This document shows positions 47,532-56,233 of a stretch of DNA of 64,000 bases, piece by piece; the stretch's first letter is position 1, and each line of letters starts with the position of its first letter. Source of the stretch: a virus (lineage: Duplodnaviria; Heunggongvirae; Uroviricota; Caudoviricetes); IMG/VR virus record IMGVR_UViG_3300032731_000668, positions 1 through 64,000 of that record. The stretch is one strand, 5' to 3'. The translations under genes and the position numbers were made by a program. The notes beneath the pieces are model-generated. The model ran no database searches. It saw only the letters and a list, made by a program, of their open reading frames with translations, and was not told the DNA's origin.

Positions 47532-48754
47532 ATCTCGTTTACGTGTACGCGGACCAGCCACAAACTGAAAATTGTTCAAAATGGAATTGTTATTATCCAG
47601 CGGAAGCGGTCAATAGAACTAAAGATCATCGTGCTAGTATTATGCACGTTAATCAATTCTCACAAAATACTTCAGAAGTAAATAAAATGTGTGCAAAGGC
47701 CGATATTCTTATCATTGAAAGAAATTTATTTGGCGACGTGCTTACTTTTATGACTTATTGGCGCATTAGAAATAAAACTGTATTGGCAATTTTTGATGAT
47801 GGTTATGATTGTATGACGGAAGACAATCCTGCATATGCATTTTGGCATCGAAATGAAATAAAAGTTATAGCGAACAATATTGCCAACAGTACTCTTAACC
47901 AAATGAATTCTCAAAAACAAAACAATGTTTTATGGAATAATATCCCTATGGAAGATAGAGACAAAATGATTGCGTTAGCTACATCAATGTTTGAAGGGAA
48001 GATGCCCATAGGACCAGAAACTAAAGTTTCAGATATTCCCTTTATGTCACAATTCAAATGGGGTTTAAAAATAGCAAAAGGAATACAAGTTCCGTCTAAG
48101 CGATTAGCTAATGACTGGAAAAAATATAACAAAACTTATTTTGTACATAATTATCTTGATATCAAACAATATATGAATGTTGAACCATTAATAAAACACG
48201 ATGATATATTTATTGGTTGGTGCGGAAGCCTGACTCACCTGCCCAGTTTTGTTGAAAGTGGCGCTATAGAAGCAATTAAAAACATTGTCGCTAAATACAA
48301 TAATGTAAAACTATTAATAGGTGGAGACAAAAAAGTATTTGATGCAATAGACATTCCAGAGGATAAGAAAATATTTCAAAAATATGTTCCTCATGAGCAA
48401 TGGACTAGCCTGTTAAAATCTATCGATATAGGATTGGCGCCATTGGCAACTGTTTATGATCGCAGACGCAGTTGGATTAAGGCACTTGAATATATGGCTC
48501 TTAAGACACCATGGATTGCATCAGACTTTCCTCCATATAAAGAATTACAAGGTTACGGAAAAATAGTTCAAAATTCAGTTGCTTCATGGGAAAATGCATT
48601 AGCGGACATGATTGACAATTTGCAAGACCATAGAGATAAAGCAGCAGCCGAACCATATGACTTTGCATTAACTCAAACCACCGACAAGAATATCTTGAAA
48701 ACTATTGCCTTATACCAAAAAATTATTGATGCGCCTTATCGCTGGCCAGCTTGA
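47528..48754 (+). CDS. GT-B fold glycosyltransferase (GT4-like) (408 aa)
   Basis: C-terminal EQWTSLLKSIDIGLAPL...IKALEYMALKTPWIASD resembles the GT4 EX7E region. Confidence 0.65.
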   Translation: MNLVYVYADQPQTENCSKWNCYYPAEAVNRTKDHRASIMHVNQFSQNTSEVNKMCAKADILIIERNLFGDVLTFMTYWRIRNKTVLAIFDDGYDCMTEDNPAYAFWHRNEIKVIANNIANSTLNQMNSQKQNNVLWNNIPMEDRDKMIALATSMFEGKMPIGPETKVSDIPFMSQFKWGLKIAKGIQVPSKRLANDWKKYNKTYFVHNYLDIKQYMNVEPLIKHDDIFIGWCGSLTHLPSFVESGAIEAIKNIVAKYNNVKLLIGGDKKVFDAIDIPEDKKIFQKYVPHEQWTSLLKSIDIGLAPLATVYDRRRSWIKALEYMALKTPWIASDFPPYKELQGYGKIVQNSVASWENALADMIDNLQDHRDKAAAEPYDFALTQTTDKNILKTIALYQKIIDAPYRWPA

Positions 48755-48779
48755 CAAAATAATAATTATGTGATAGAAT
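48751..48779 (+). promoter_or_regulatory. sigma70-like promoter TTGACA-17-TAGAAT (overlaps the stop of the previous gene)
   Basis: TTGACA 48751-48756, TAGAAT 48774-48779. Confidence 0.6.
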
Positions 48780-48784
48780 AAATT

Positions 48785-49357
48785 ATGAAAAAAAATATAA
48801 TAGAATCAGACAACAAAACATATGATACAGTTGGTGAAATGTTTGATGACATGAAAAAAGAATTCAAAAATAATCATCCGTTTCAATATTGGATTGACCA
48901 TTCTTTGTTTTCGGCGAAAGGATTTTTTGGTTATGCACCACACGTCTTTTTTATACGACCATGGATAGCCATAGAATTTGTTTGGGGGCATGTAGTATGG
49001 GCTTGGCAAAGAGTGTTTAATGGCTATGATGATCGTGTTATATGGGGTATAGATTTTTATTTATCTCGAATGATGCCGCTTTGGTTACAACAACTGAAGG
49101 AGAAAAAACATGGGGTTCCTGGAATAATGTTTGAAGAAGAAGATCATGATAAAAACGGGAATGTTTTAGACGATTCATTAGAAAAAAGATTAAAAGAATA
49201 CAATGCTATTCTTGACAAAATTATTTTGGGTTTTAAATCTTATACTGAATTAGACAACCGGTGTGATATTAGGAGCAAAGAATATAAAGTTTTACGGAAA
49301 AATTTTGATCAGGGATTTGATTTGCTAAAAAAATATTATGGTACTTTATGGGATTGA
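48785..49357 (+). CDS. hypothetical protein (190 aa)
   Basis: ORF downstream of promoter 48751. Confidence 0.55.
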   Translation: MKKNIIESDNKTYDTVGEMFDDMKKEFKNNHPFQYWIDHSLFSAKGFFGYAPHVFFIRPWIAIEFVWGHVVWAWQRVFNGYDDRVIWGIDFYLSRMMPLWLQQLKEKKHGVPGIMFEEEDHDKNGNVLDDSLEKRLKEYNAILDKIILGFKSYTELDNRCDIRSKEYKVLRKNFDQGFDLLKKYYGTLWD

Positions 49358-49366
49358 ATGAAAGAA

Positions 49367-49399
49367 AAAACACAATAAAATACAGGTTTTATGTGGTTT
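49367..49399. repeat. intergenic inverted-repeat element (AAACACAATAAAAT...TTTTATGTGGTTT)
   Basis: aaaacacaataaaatacaggttttatgtggttt. Confidence 0.75.
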
Positions 49400-49616
49400 A
49401 GAAAGGAAAAATGACTATTGAAAGTCAGTTTGATAATGAATATGATTGTATAGAACAAGAATTTGAAGAAGGTTTGATTGATGAAGATGAATATATTCGG
49501 CGCATGAAAAATCTTGAAGAAGAAGGAAGGCAAGCGAATATATTCGCAGACAACGATTTGCCTTTTTAGCAATAAAACTAAATAAAATTCAGATTTTATT
49601 GTATAAGGAGTAATAA

Positions 49617-49859
49617 ATGAACAAAGTGGTAGGCGAATATTCAACAGTAATTGAATTTGAAAATGAAGAGCCAAAAGAAATTTGCAAATTAGGTCTTGGC
49701 CAAGAATGTTGTGCCTTTCTGGTTTGTGGATTTACCGGATTTGAATGTTGGAGAATGAATTACCCCGACAATACAACAATTTTTAGTAGATTGGAAGCGG
49801 GAACAATGAACGCAAAAGGAATAGGAGAATGGGCAGGATGTCCTTGGAAAGATGAATAA
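49617..49859 (+). CDS. small Cys-rich protein (80 aa)
   Basis: AAGGAG RBS; CKLGLGQECCAFLVCGFTGFEC...CPW. Confidence 0.5.
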   Translation: MNKVVGEYSTVIEFENEEPKEICKLGLGQECCAFLVCGFTGFECWRMNYPDNTTIFSRLEAGTMNAKGIGEWAGCPWKDE

Positions 49860-50073
49860 ATTTCAAAAACTGTGGTATAATACAATAGGGAAAATAGCTA
49901 ATGCAAGAATCAGATTCTTCGTCAGGATGGCAGGATTTTGCAATGTAGATATGATGAAGATTGTTTGTACAAATAAACATGATCAAACAACTGTCACTAT
50001 GGATAGGGATGGAGCCATTCATAGAATTATTAGTATGAAAATCAATATAGATGTTGATAAAATTTTAAATTAA
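49852..50073 (+). CDS. hypothetical protein (73 aa)
   Basis: ORF overlapping the previous stop. Confidence 0.45.
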   Translation: MNKFQKLWYNTIGKIANARIRFFVRMAGFCNVDMMKIVCTNKHDQTTVTMDRDGAIHRIISMKINIDVDKILN

Positions 50074-50189
50074 TATGAGGTAATATGTCTGCTGATAATG
50101 GAATTTATATTCTTGAAATGAAAGATCAATCAAGAGTTATTCATACTCAAAATATTGAAAACCTATGGTAGTCTAATTTAGCCAATAGG

Positions 50190-50486
50190 ATGTGCAAAAA
50201 TATGGTTCCTACACGTATCATAGATTATTATGGTGACGCAAAATCAATGACTACTTCAGAAGCAAATGCTAAGGCAAGAGATATTTATGATGAAATTATG
50301 GATGATGATTTTTGTCCCATAGTAGAATATGGAATTTGTTATTTTAAAATAAATAAAACTTGGAAACAAATTTTCAAAGAGGCTAAGAAATTGGCGACTA
50401 AAGAACTAAAAATCTTGCAAAAAAATAATGAAGATAATTTCTATGAACATGAAATTAGGGTGTTGCAAAATATAATAAAAGAGTAA
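50190..50486 (+). CDS. hypothetical protein (98 aa)
   Basis: ORF with AGGATG-context start. Confidence 0.5.
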   Translation: MCKNMVPTRIIDYYGDAKSMTTSEANAKARDIYDEIMDDDFCPIVEYGICYFKINKTWKQIFKEAKKLATKELKILQKNNEDNFYEHEIRVLQNIIKE

Positions 50487-50513
50487 TTTTATTTGGTTTA
50501 AAAAGAAAATGAA

Positions 50514-50786
50514 ATGAAAAAAATAACTAAACACTTTATTTGGGCAAATATATTCGATGCTATTAGCACAGGTTTTGCCTTAAGCCAAGGCTGTGTCGAG
50601 ATGAATATTCTTGTGAATAGGTATGGATGGATTGTTGGCTGCGTAGCTAAAATCTTGGCGACAATACTTGTGGCCTATGTTTTAGAAAGAGTCAAAGAGT
50701 GGTGGTTTTTTTGGGTTCTTCCTATACTTATATGGTTGATTGTTGTATGGAATATTTTCAATGGTATTATGGTGGCAACACAATAA
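50514..50786 (+). CDS. small membrane protein (90 aa, 2-3 TM)
   Basis: Hydrophobic segments. Confidence 0.5.
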   Translation: MKKITKHFIWANIFDAISTGFALSQGCVEMNILVNRYGWIVGCVAKILATILVAYVLERVKEWWFFWVLPILIWLIVVWNIFNGIMVATQ

Positions 50787-50807
50787 AATAACTATTTTAT
50801 GTGGTTT
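50777..50807. repeat. intergenic inverted-repeat element (AACACAATAAAAT...ATTTTATGTGGTTT)
   Basis: aacacaataaaataactattttatgtggttt; left arm contains the stop of 50514-50786. Confidence 0.75.
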
Positions 50808-50820
50808 AAGAAGAGGAAAG

Positions 50821-51039
50821 ATGAAAATAAAAAACACTTATAGAAAATTAAACAAAGTAGAATATAGTTTTTCTAAACAAGATATTTTAAAAGCATTATC
50901 GAATCATTTTAAAATAAAAGTTGTGAATGAAAAATATGATTTTAGTATCTTTGAAGAACTTGATGATGCCAAAGGTTTTGGTTCAGGAACGTGTGCATCA
51001 TTGGTAGTATCTTATGAAGAACCAAGAGAGGAAAAATGA
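50821..51039 (+). CDS. hypothetical protein (72 aa; start moved to the ATG with an AGAGGAAAG RBS)
   Basis: RBS precedes ATG 50821; the track ORF 50740 begins inside the hairpin element. Confidence 0.45.
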   Translation: MKIKNTYRKLNKVEYSFSKQDILKALSNHFKIKVVNEKYDFSIFEELDDAKGFGSGTCASLVVSYEEPREEK

Positions 51040-51287
51040 AATTTAGAAAGAAACCAATAGTCGTTGAGGCCGAACAGTTTACAATGGATTCAAAAGATCA
51101 AGTGTTTAATTGGGTAAACTGCAATAGATATGCCGACTTTGTTGACGGCAAACCTGTATTGATAATACAAACACTTGAAGGCGATATGACTGTAAGCATT
51201 GGCGATTGGGTTATCGAAGGTATCAATGGAGAATTTTATCCTTGCAAACCAGATATTTTTGAAAAGACTTATGAAAAGGTAGAATAG
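51036..51287 (+). CDS. hypothetical protein (83 aa)
   Basis: ORF overlapping the previous stop. Confidence 0.5.
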   Translation: MKFRKKPIVVEAEQFTMDSKDQVFNWVNCNRYADFVDGKPVLIIQTLEGDMTVSIGDWVIEGINGEFYPCKPDIFEKTYEKVE

Positions 51288-51313
51288 CAGAATGACTTTA
51301 TGAGGAAAAAATA

Positions 51314-52579
51314 ATGAAAGAATTTTTTGAAAATTTCTTAAAAATATTACAAGAAAACCAGGTTCTTTTGACCACATTAGGTATCGGTGGTGCTGGAACA
51401 ATTATAATGTGGTTGAAGGGTGTGCCCCAAACATTTTTCAATTTATTAAAAAGAGAATTTACAACCGAGATGACTATCACTAGTCAAAATATTTCATTTT
51501 TTAATGTTATAAAATTGTTAGAAAAAACCTACGCAGATAAAAAATGGAGAAAATTAAAAGTTATGAACGGAAGATGGGGGGCTGAAGAAACTGTTCTTGG
51601 GATTGGATATGGACATCATACTTTGATATACAAAAAAAACCTTCTTTTTATAACCTTGGTAAAAGAATCTGCAAATCAAACCAATTATGACAAAGATTCA
51701 CTAACTTTTTTAAAGTTGGGCAGAGACTATGGACTTTTTAAACAAATTATAAGTGATGCTGATGAAATAGCAGAAGATAAAAGTTCTAACAAAATATACA
51801 AAATGGAGGACGGATGGCGCTATGTAAAAGACCAGAAAAAAAGGGCTTTAAGTAGTGTGTTTTTAGAAAAAACTAAGAAGAAATATTTATTAGAAACCAT
51901 AGATAAATTTATATCTAGCGAAGAATGGTATCTTTCACATGGTATTCCTTATCAATTAGGAATATTGTTATATGGTTCGCCTGGAACAGGTAAGACTAGC
52001 TTAATTAAGGCAATAGCGGCATATTTAAACTACTCAATTTATTATTTACCTAGTTCAAGATTATACAAAATTGAAAAAGCAGTGTCTTTATTGCCAGACA
52101 ATTCTATTTTGGTGATTGAAGATATTGATACTAATGATATTACTAATAGAAGAGACAATGGATGGGATCAACCAGACGTACCCGAAGGTGCAAGTGGGAC
52201 TGCTCCAACAACATCCAATAACAAATCTTCTGATGATAGAGACTTTGAAACTTTTTTGAAGATGGGATTGTCCGAGATACTAAATTCTTTAGATGGCATT
52301 TTTGCTACTCACGGAAGAATTTTAATTGCTACCACAAACTACCTAGAATCATTGGATTCTGCATTAATTCGTCCTGGCAGAATAGATATAAAAATAGAAG
52401 TAGGATATGTAAACAACGAAGTATTGAAAGAGTTTTGCAATAGTTTCTTTCCCGAAAACAAAATTAATTTTGATGAAATAAAGATTAAGAAAAATAAACT
52501 TACCGTAGCATTATTGCAAAATATGATACTTGAAGGTAAAACATTACAAAATATTTTAGACTTTGTAGAAACCCAATAA
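51314..52579 (+). CDS. BCS1-like AAA+ ATPase with N-terminal TM segment (421 aa)
   Basis: Walker A GSPGTGKTS, Walker B LVIEDIDT; BCS1-type LSEILNSLDGIF...ATTNYLESLDSALIRPGRIDIKIEVGY. Confidence 0.8.
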   Translation: MKEFFENFLKILQENQVLLTTLGIGGAGTIIMWLKGVPQTFFNLLKREFTTEMTITSQNISFFNVIKLLEKTYADKKWRKLKVMNGRWGAEETVLGIGYGHHTLIYKKNLLFITLVKESANQTNYDKDSLTFLKLGRDYGLFKQIISDADEIAEDKSSNKIYKMEDGWRYVKDQKKRALSSVFLEKTKKKYLLETIDKFISSEEWYLSHGIPYQLGILLYGSPGTGKTSLIKAIAAYLNYSIYYLPSSRLYKIEKAVSLLPDNSILVIEDIDTNDITNRRDNGWDQPDVPEGASGTAPTTSNNKSSDDRDFETFLKMGLSEILNSLDGIFATHGRILIATTNYLESLDSALIRPGRIDIKIEVGYVNNEVLKEFCNSFFPENKINFDEIKIKKNKLTVALLQNMILEGKTLQNILDFVETQ

Positions 52580-52604
52580 AAGAATGATTTTATGAGATAA
52601 GATA

Positions 52605-52790
52605 ATGTATAAATATAAACATACCATCACAAAAGAAATTATTGAGATAGAAGATATTATTGTTGATAGCAATATAAATTATTTCGATTCTCAGTTTGTT
52701 GAATGGTGGTGCCACATAAATGACATAACTAAAGAAATAGATAAATGGTCTGCAACTTATACGATTAGTGATAACGGTATGTTTAAGTAA
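52605..52790 (+). CDS. hypothetical protein (61 aa)
   Basis: ORF after element 52572-52597. Confidence 0.45.
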   Translation: MYKYKHTITKEIIEIEDIIVDSNINYFDSQFVEWWCHINDITKEIDKWSATYTISDNGMFK

Positions 52791-52791
52791 A

Positions 52792-53094
52792 ATGAAGTAT
52801 CAAACAACGAAAGAGATCGAATTTGCTTGTATTAAACATGTTTGGAACGGCGGATCTTATCTTATAATCCCGAATGTAAAAGATGGGTTCTTTGGGAAAA
52901 GAGAAGCTGACTTATTGGTTATTACTCCATCAAATTATCTGTTTGAAATTGAAATCAAGATAAGTATGGCTGACCTAAAAAAGATGGTCAAAAAAATTTA
53001 TTGCTACAAGATATATACTCTAATGATCTTAGAATCAAGAAAAAAATTTTTGCAATACCTGAAGAAATGTTTAATAAATATGAAGATAAAATAA
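52792..53094 (+). CDS. hypothetical protein with PD-(D/E)xK-like EADLL...EIEIK motif (100 aa); may continue by frameshift into 53001-53366
   Basis: GKREADLLVITPSNYLFEIEIKIS nuclease-like motif; overlaps the next ORF across an A7 tract. Confidence 0.45.
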   Translation: MKYQTTKEIEFACIKHVWNGGSYLIIPNVKDGFFGKREADLLVITPSNYLFEIEIKISMADLKKMVKKIYCYKIYTLMILESRKKFLQYLKKCLINMKIK

Positions 53095-53366
53095 TTAAGT
53101 TATTGCCTAATTATGCAGGTTTATGGGTGGTTAAGAAATCAGGTGGTTATGTGGTTGAGAAATTAAAGGCTAAAAATAAAATAGGTGCCCGTAAATTGTC
53201 CGACAAAGAAAAAAATACTTTAATGAGACTAGGTTGTTTGAGGCTTTGGGGAATAAAGGGAAAATCTGTAGAGATTGACAGTATTAAAAAAGATATAAGA
53301 AAGGTATTAAAAGGCGAAGATGTCAAAATATTGAAACAATATGTTGAAAAAAAGAAATATTGGTAG
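53001..53366 (+). CDS. hypothetical protein (TTG start in the track); possibly the C-terminal part of a frameshifted gene
   Basis: Frame opens at 52980 inside the previous ORF; no independent RBS. Confidence 0.4.
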   Translation: MLQDIYSNDLRIKKKIFAIPEEMFNKYEDKIIKLLPNYAGLWVVKKSGGYVVEKLKAKNKIGARKLSDKEKNTLMRLGCLRLWGIKGKSVEIDSIKKDIRKVLKGEDVKILKQYVEKKKYW

Positions 53367-53391
53367 TATTTACCCTTGAAGAAAAATAGAC

Positions 53392-54111
53392 ATGATAATA
53401 TATTTAACGACCAATAATATAAAAGGTAAAGTATACGTCGGCAAGCTGGTTGACGAAAGTAAGTCAACTTATCTCGGTTCTGGAACATGTGTTGGACGAG
53501 CGATCAAGCAATACGGTAAAGAAAATTTTAGCAGAATAACCTTAGAAGGCGGAATTACTGACCATGATTATTTGTGCAAAAGAGAAATTTATTGGATAGA
53601 ATTCTATGATTCTACTAATCCAGAGATAGGATATAACCTTAGCGAAGGCGGACGCGGAGGTTATTCTGGATGTAAACATACGCCAGAAACACTTGAAAAA
53701 ATGTCCGAAGCACAAAAGGGCGAAAACCACCCCATGTATGGGAAAAGAGGAAAAGAAACAGGTATGTTTGGAAAACACCATACGGAAGAGGCGCGTAAAA
53801 AAATGTCTGAAGCAAACAAAGGCAAAAATCATCCAATGTACGGAAAACATCACACAGAAGAAGCATGTAAAAACATGTCTAAGTCGGCCAGAAATAGACC
53901 TCCTGCGTCTGAAGAAACATGCAAGAAAATATCGGAATCGAAAAGGGGAATAAATAATCCCAATGTCCTTGAAAAGGGAATGGTGTTGAATGTTTTAAAA
54001 CTATTGAAAGATAATGTTTCTATGAAAAATATAACTAAAGAATTAAAAGTTTGCAATAGAACTATCCACAAAGTTAAAAACGGTGGCTATGATGATATTT
54101 ATGATTTGTGA
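53392..54111 (+). CDS. GIY-YIG homing endonuclease with NUMOD3 repeats (239 aa)
   Basis: IIYLTTNNIKGKVYVGKL...YLGSG GIY-YIG core; repeated GKHHTEEARKKMSEANKG NUMOD3-like modules. Confidence 0.85.
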   Translation: MIIYLTTNNIKGKVYVGKLVDESKSTYLGSGTCVGRAIKQYGKENFSRITLEGGITDHDYLCKREIYWIEFYDSTNPEIGYNLSEGGRGGYSGCKHTPETLEKMSEAQKGENHPMYGKRGKETGMFGKHHTEEARKKMSEANKGKNHPMYGKHHTEEACKNMSKSARNRPPASEETCKKISESKRGINNPNVLEKGMVLNVLKLLKDNVSMKNITKELKVCNRTIHKVKNGGYDDIYDL

Positions 54112-54118
54112 AAGTGTC

Positions 54119-54147
54119 TTGACAAAACGCAAATAGTATGATATGAT
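54119..54147 (+). promoter_or_regulatory. sigma70-like promoter TTGACA-17-TATGAT
   Basis: TTGACA 54119-54124, TATGAT 54142-54147; upstream of the recombinase gene. Confidence 0.65.
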
Positions 54148-54173
54148 ACTATCATTAACTATGGAGGTTTTCG

Positions 54174-55091
54174 GTGAATAAATCTTTTATTGAATTAGAA
54201 AAATATTATGAATTAAAATCCATTGATTGTACTAAGGCGACCCTTTTTTATTATAAAAATACACTTGATAAATTTGTTTTATATTTTGATATAAAAAACA
54301 TTAGTGATTTATCAAATATAAAATCCGAGGATATACAACAGTACATGTATTTCTTAGCCAATAATAAAAATGCTAAAAATTCTAATACTGCAAAAAATTC
54401 CGCCAATGCTCATTTTCGGGTTATTAAAGCTTTCTGTAACTGGTTAATAGAACAAGATTATCTTGCAAAATCACCATGTGAAGGTATTAAACAATTTAAG
54501 ATAGCTAAAGAAATAAAATTTTATTTAAAGAAAGATGAAATAAAATCTATTTTGTTGAATTGTAGAAGCGCAAAAGATAAACTTATAATTGCTCTATTAT
54601 TATATACCGGTATTCGTGTTGGGGAAATATCCAAGATAAAAATTTCTGATATTGACGATAACCATCTTTTGATTCACGGCAAGGGACGTAAGGAGAGAAA
54701 TGTAATTCTGATTCCTTATATTATAGATTTATTAGGAAAATACTTAGAAACAAGATCAGATGAAAACGAATTTTTACTTGTTTCTAGAAAGAATTTTGGA
54801 AAAAGGTCAAGGGAATTACACAGTGTTACACCCCAAGCTGTCAGAGATGTTATTAAAAAAATAGCCAAAAGATCTGACATTGATACAAATAGAATAAATA
54901 ACATTACGCCCCATACATTTAGACGAACGTTTGCTGTCAATCTTGCCAAAAATGGACACGCTTCTTCTTTTCAAATTCAAAAAGCATTGGGGCATTCAAA
55001 TATTCAAACTACCCAAATTTATCTTGAGGCGGCCGGAGCCGAGATTTCAGATTCGGCATTATTAGGTCAGGTTGTGCCTATTGGAATATAA
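54174..55091 (+). CDS. tyrosine recombinase/integrase (XerC/D-like) (305 aa, GTG start)
   Basis: C-terminal catalytic region HTFRRTFAV...LGHSNIQTTQIYL (R..HxxR..Y); GGAGG RBS. Confidence 0.85.
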   Translation: MNKSFIELEKYYELKSIDCTKATLFYYKNTLDKFVLYFDIKNISDLSNIKSEDIQQYMYFLANNKNAKNSNTAKNSANAHFRVIKAFCNWLIEQDYLAKSPCEGIKQFKIAKEIKFYLKKDEIKSILLNCRSAKDKLIIALLLYTGIRVGEISKIKISDIDDNHLLIHGKGRKERNVILIPYIIDLLGKYLETRSDENEFLLVSRKNFGKRSRELHSVTPQAVRDVIKKIAKRSDIDTNRINNITPHTFRRTFAVNLAKNGHASSFQIQKALGHSNIQTTQIYLEAAGAEISDSALLGQVVPIGI

Positions 55092-55276
55092 TAAAAGGAG
55101 AACTTATTATGGTTGGTATTTTAAGATTTATCAGCAACATGTTCGTGACACTTATAGTTGTTCAGGAATTGTTTTTTCCAGAATTACTTAAACCTTGGGC
55201 ATGGTATAAATGGGTGTTCTTGGCAATTGGTGTTATTATTGTTAATTATCAAGAATAGTAATAAAAGGAGGATTTT

Positions 55277-55552
55277 ATGCAAGAATATAAAGGAACAGTC
55301 AGACGAGAAGAGAGTGAAGATTTAGAGGTTTTGAATCTTGTTCCGTCTTTTCACGAGAGTAATATCAAACGTCAGTCAGTTTGTATAGCTCCATTAACGA
55401 GACATGAAACTTCAATTATAATGTCAAAGACAAATGAAAAAGGAGGGTCTTCATTCTGTCATTTCATATTTACCGAAAGAGAAACAGACATGTTGATTGA
55501 GGCTCTGCAAGAAGTAAAAACTAGATGGAAAGAGAATAAGGTAATAGAATGA
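55277..55552 (+). CDS. hypothetical protein (91 aa)
   Basis: ORF with AAAAGGAGGA RBS. Confidence 0.5.
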   Translation: MQEYKGTVRREESEDLEVLNLVPSFHESNIKRQSVCIAPLTRHETSIIMSKTNEKGGSSFCHFIFTERETDMLIEALQEVKTRWKENKVIE

Positions 55553-55558
55553 AGAAAG

Positions 55559-55753
55559 ATGGTTTTTATGCATACTAATATAAAAAAGTTAAAAAAGATG
55601 ATAGGGTATTTTCAGGGATTTTCCGACGAAGAAGTTGTAGAAGTTGAAGTTGGAGATGTTAAAAAAGCATTATTAGACCTTTTAGAGTTAAAAGAAATGG
55701 TTGATGTTATTGCTCGCCAGGTTGAGAAATATTACGGAATACCAATAGGATAA
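55559..55753 (+). CDS. hypothetical protein (64 aa)
   Basis: ORF adjacent to the previous stop. Confidence 0.45.
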   Translation: MVFMHTNIKKLKKMIGYFQGFSDEEVVEVEVGDVKKALLDLLELKEMVDVIARQVEKYYGIPIG

Positions 55754-55776
55754 AAGAAACATTTTATGAGGTTTAA

Positions 55777-55980
55777 ATGGAAGAAAAAGTAATTAATGGA
55801 GTTTTATGTTTCTCTAAAGATAGCGATTTGAAAGGTGGCGAAACAGAATGGGTTCCTTATACGCTTGAATCATTGACAACTGCTTTTAGGGCAATGAGAT
55901 CAATGTATGAATCTGCTGATCGAAGAGCAAATAAATTAAATTGCATTGTTGAAAATGTTAGAAAAGATGTTAGATGGTAA
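55777..55980 (+). CDS. hypothetical protein (67 aa)
   Basis: ORF with GAGG RBS. Confidence 0.5.
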   Translation: MEEKVINGVLCFSKDSDLKGGETEWVPYTLESLTTAFRAMRSMYESADRRANKLNCIVENVRKDVRW

Positions 55981-56201
55981 CATCCTATTCAAGAGGCCAT
56001 AAAACATATTACAATGGGAGTGAGTGGCTATATTGTGATAACAATAAGCCAGAAGACGAAATGAGACCATGCGCAAGGTGCGGGAAGTCTCCCACGCCAG
56101 AAGGATATGATGCTTGCTTAGGTTATATTGAGGGAGTTAAAAGTGCTTGTTGTGGGCATGGAGTGTCTGTTGTAATAGAAATGAAAGATGAAACACAATA
56201 A
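55974..56201 (+). CDS. Cys-rich small protein (75 aa)
   Basis: CARCGKSP...CLGY...CCGHG cysteines. Confidence 0.5.
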   Translation: MVTSYSRGHKTYYNGSEWLYCDNNKPEDEMRPCARCGKSPTPEGYDACLGYIEGVKSACCGHGVSVVIEMKDETQ

Positions 56202-56224
56202 AATTACAATTTTATGTGGTTTTA
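56191..56224. repeat. intergenic inverted-repeat element (AAACACAATAAAAT...ATTTTATGTGGTTTT)
   Basis: aaacacaataaaattacaattttatgtggtttt; embeds the stop of 55974-56201. Confidence 0.75.
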
Positions 56225-56233
56225 GGAAAACTT

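Noticed and set aside
54174-55091. The tRNA-like element at 27224 as the attP for the integrase
   Set aside because: It is about 27 kb from the integrase gene, and attP normally lies adjacent to int. It is more likely an island junction or remnant.
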